Positions 63,500-64,000 of a DNA stretch of 64,000 bases are shown here, piece by piece. The notes beneath the pieces were generated by a model that worked only from the letters and a program-made list of their open reading frames with translations, did no database searches and was not told the origin of the DNA. This DNA comes from Chiloscyllium plagiosum (taxonomy: Eukaryota). Numbering within the stretch: position 1 is the first letter of the stretch; the number at the start of each line of letters is the position of its first letter. A program made the position numbers and the translations under genes. The stretch spans positions 26,550,161-26,614,160 of the forward strand of contig NC_057749.1 of assembly GCF_004010195.1 (NCBI RefSeq), written 5' to 3'.

Positions 63500-63945
63500 A
63501 AAAGCCCATTTGGACAATTTGTTTTCTTCATAAAGCCAACTGCTTCAGAGAATTTTGCATCTGTATTCACAATAGAGAAGGACAATGTGTGCCTAGCATT
63601 CTGTCTGGGGGACTGTGATATTGTTGAACACATTAAACTTGGTAGGGAGCAGTAGCCATGAAACTGGATAGATTGCCAGGTATAGACAGTGCCCAAGAAT
63701 GCAAAGGATCTGACATTAATTTTCAAATTCTCTTTGGTCATGACAGAGATGCCAGAGCACTTGAAAGCAGGTAATATGGTACATTATTCAAGAAGAGTGG
63801 TAGGGATAAACCAGGAAGTGACAAATCAGTGAGTCTAACATTGTTAAGGAAACTAATGGAAACAATTCGAAGGGACAGAATTAATTACCATTTGGGAAGG
63901 CAAGGATTAATCAAGGTTTAGTGAAAGGGAGATGATAGATTGGCC
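63500..63945 (+). mobile_element. Decayed CR1 LINE fragment
   Basis: FASVFT.E, LIF..SL and LFKK..RDKPG...SVSLT-like segments. Confidence 0.7.
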
Positions 63946-64000
63946 AAGTTGTTCAATTTCATCTGCATGAATGGGTCATCTTGGGTTCTTCTTTTGAAAT

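Overview
Repeat-rich vertebrate genomic DNA, most likely a shark. That is inferred from HE1/V-SINE-type SINEs, dense CR1 LINEs and intron-containing vertebrate genes. Three genes can be rebuilt by hand from GT-AG exons with consistent phases. (1) Coding exons 1-7 of a GYS1-like glycogen synthase lie on the minus strand (ATG 19701, running off the left edge). It has a CpG-rich promoter, an atypical N-terminus and an 89-nt first intron. (2) A complete 5-exon, 204-aa uroplakin-2-like gene (probably UPK2b type; minus, 36237-29180) that the ORF track misses. (3) PTH2/TIP39 (plus, 57216-59006), with a 38-residue predicted mature peptide and a candidate TATA/Inr first exon at about 53576-53651. The rest is nested mobile DNA: CR1 LINEs, a second CR1/L2-group LINE family, seven HE1-like SINEs, a decayed Gmr1-like Gypsy element (integrase before RT) and solo LTRs. 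There are also many Penelope-derived short elements, several fold-back and carrying minimal hammerhead-ribozyme motifs (two with intact cores). One assembly gap lies at 53862-53975. All calls come from reading the sequence and from recalled family sequences; no searches were run.
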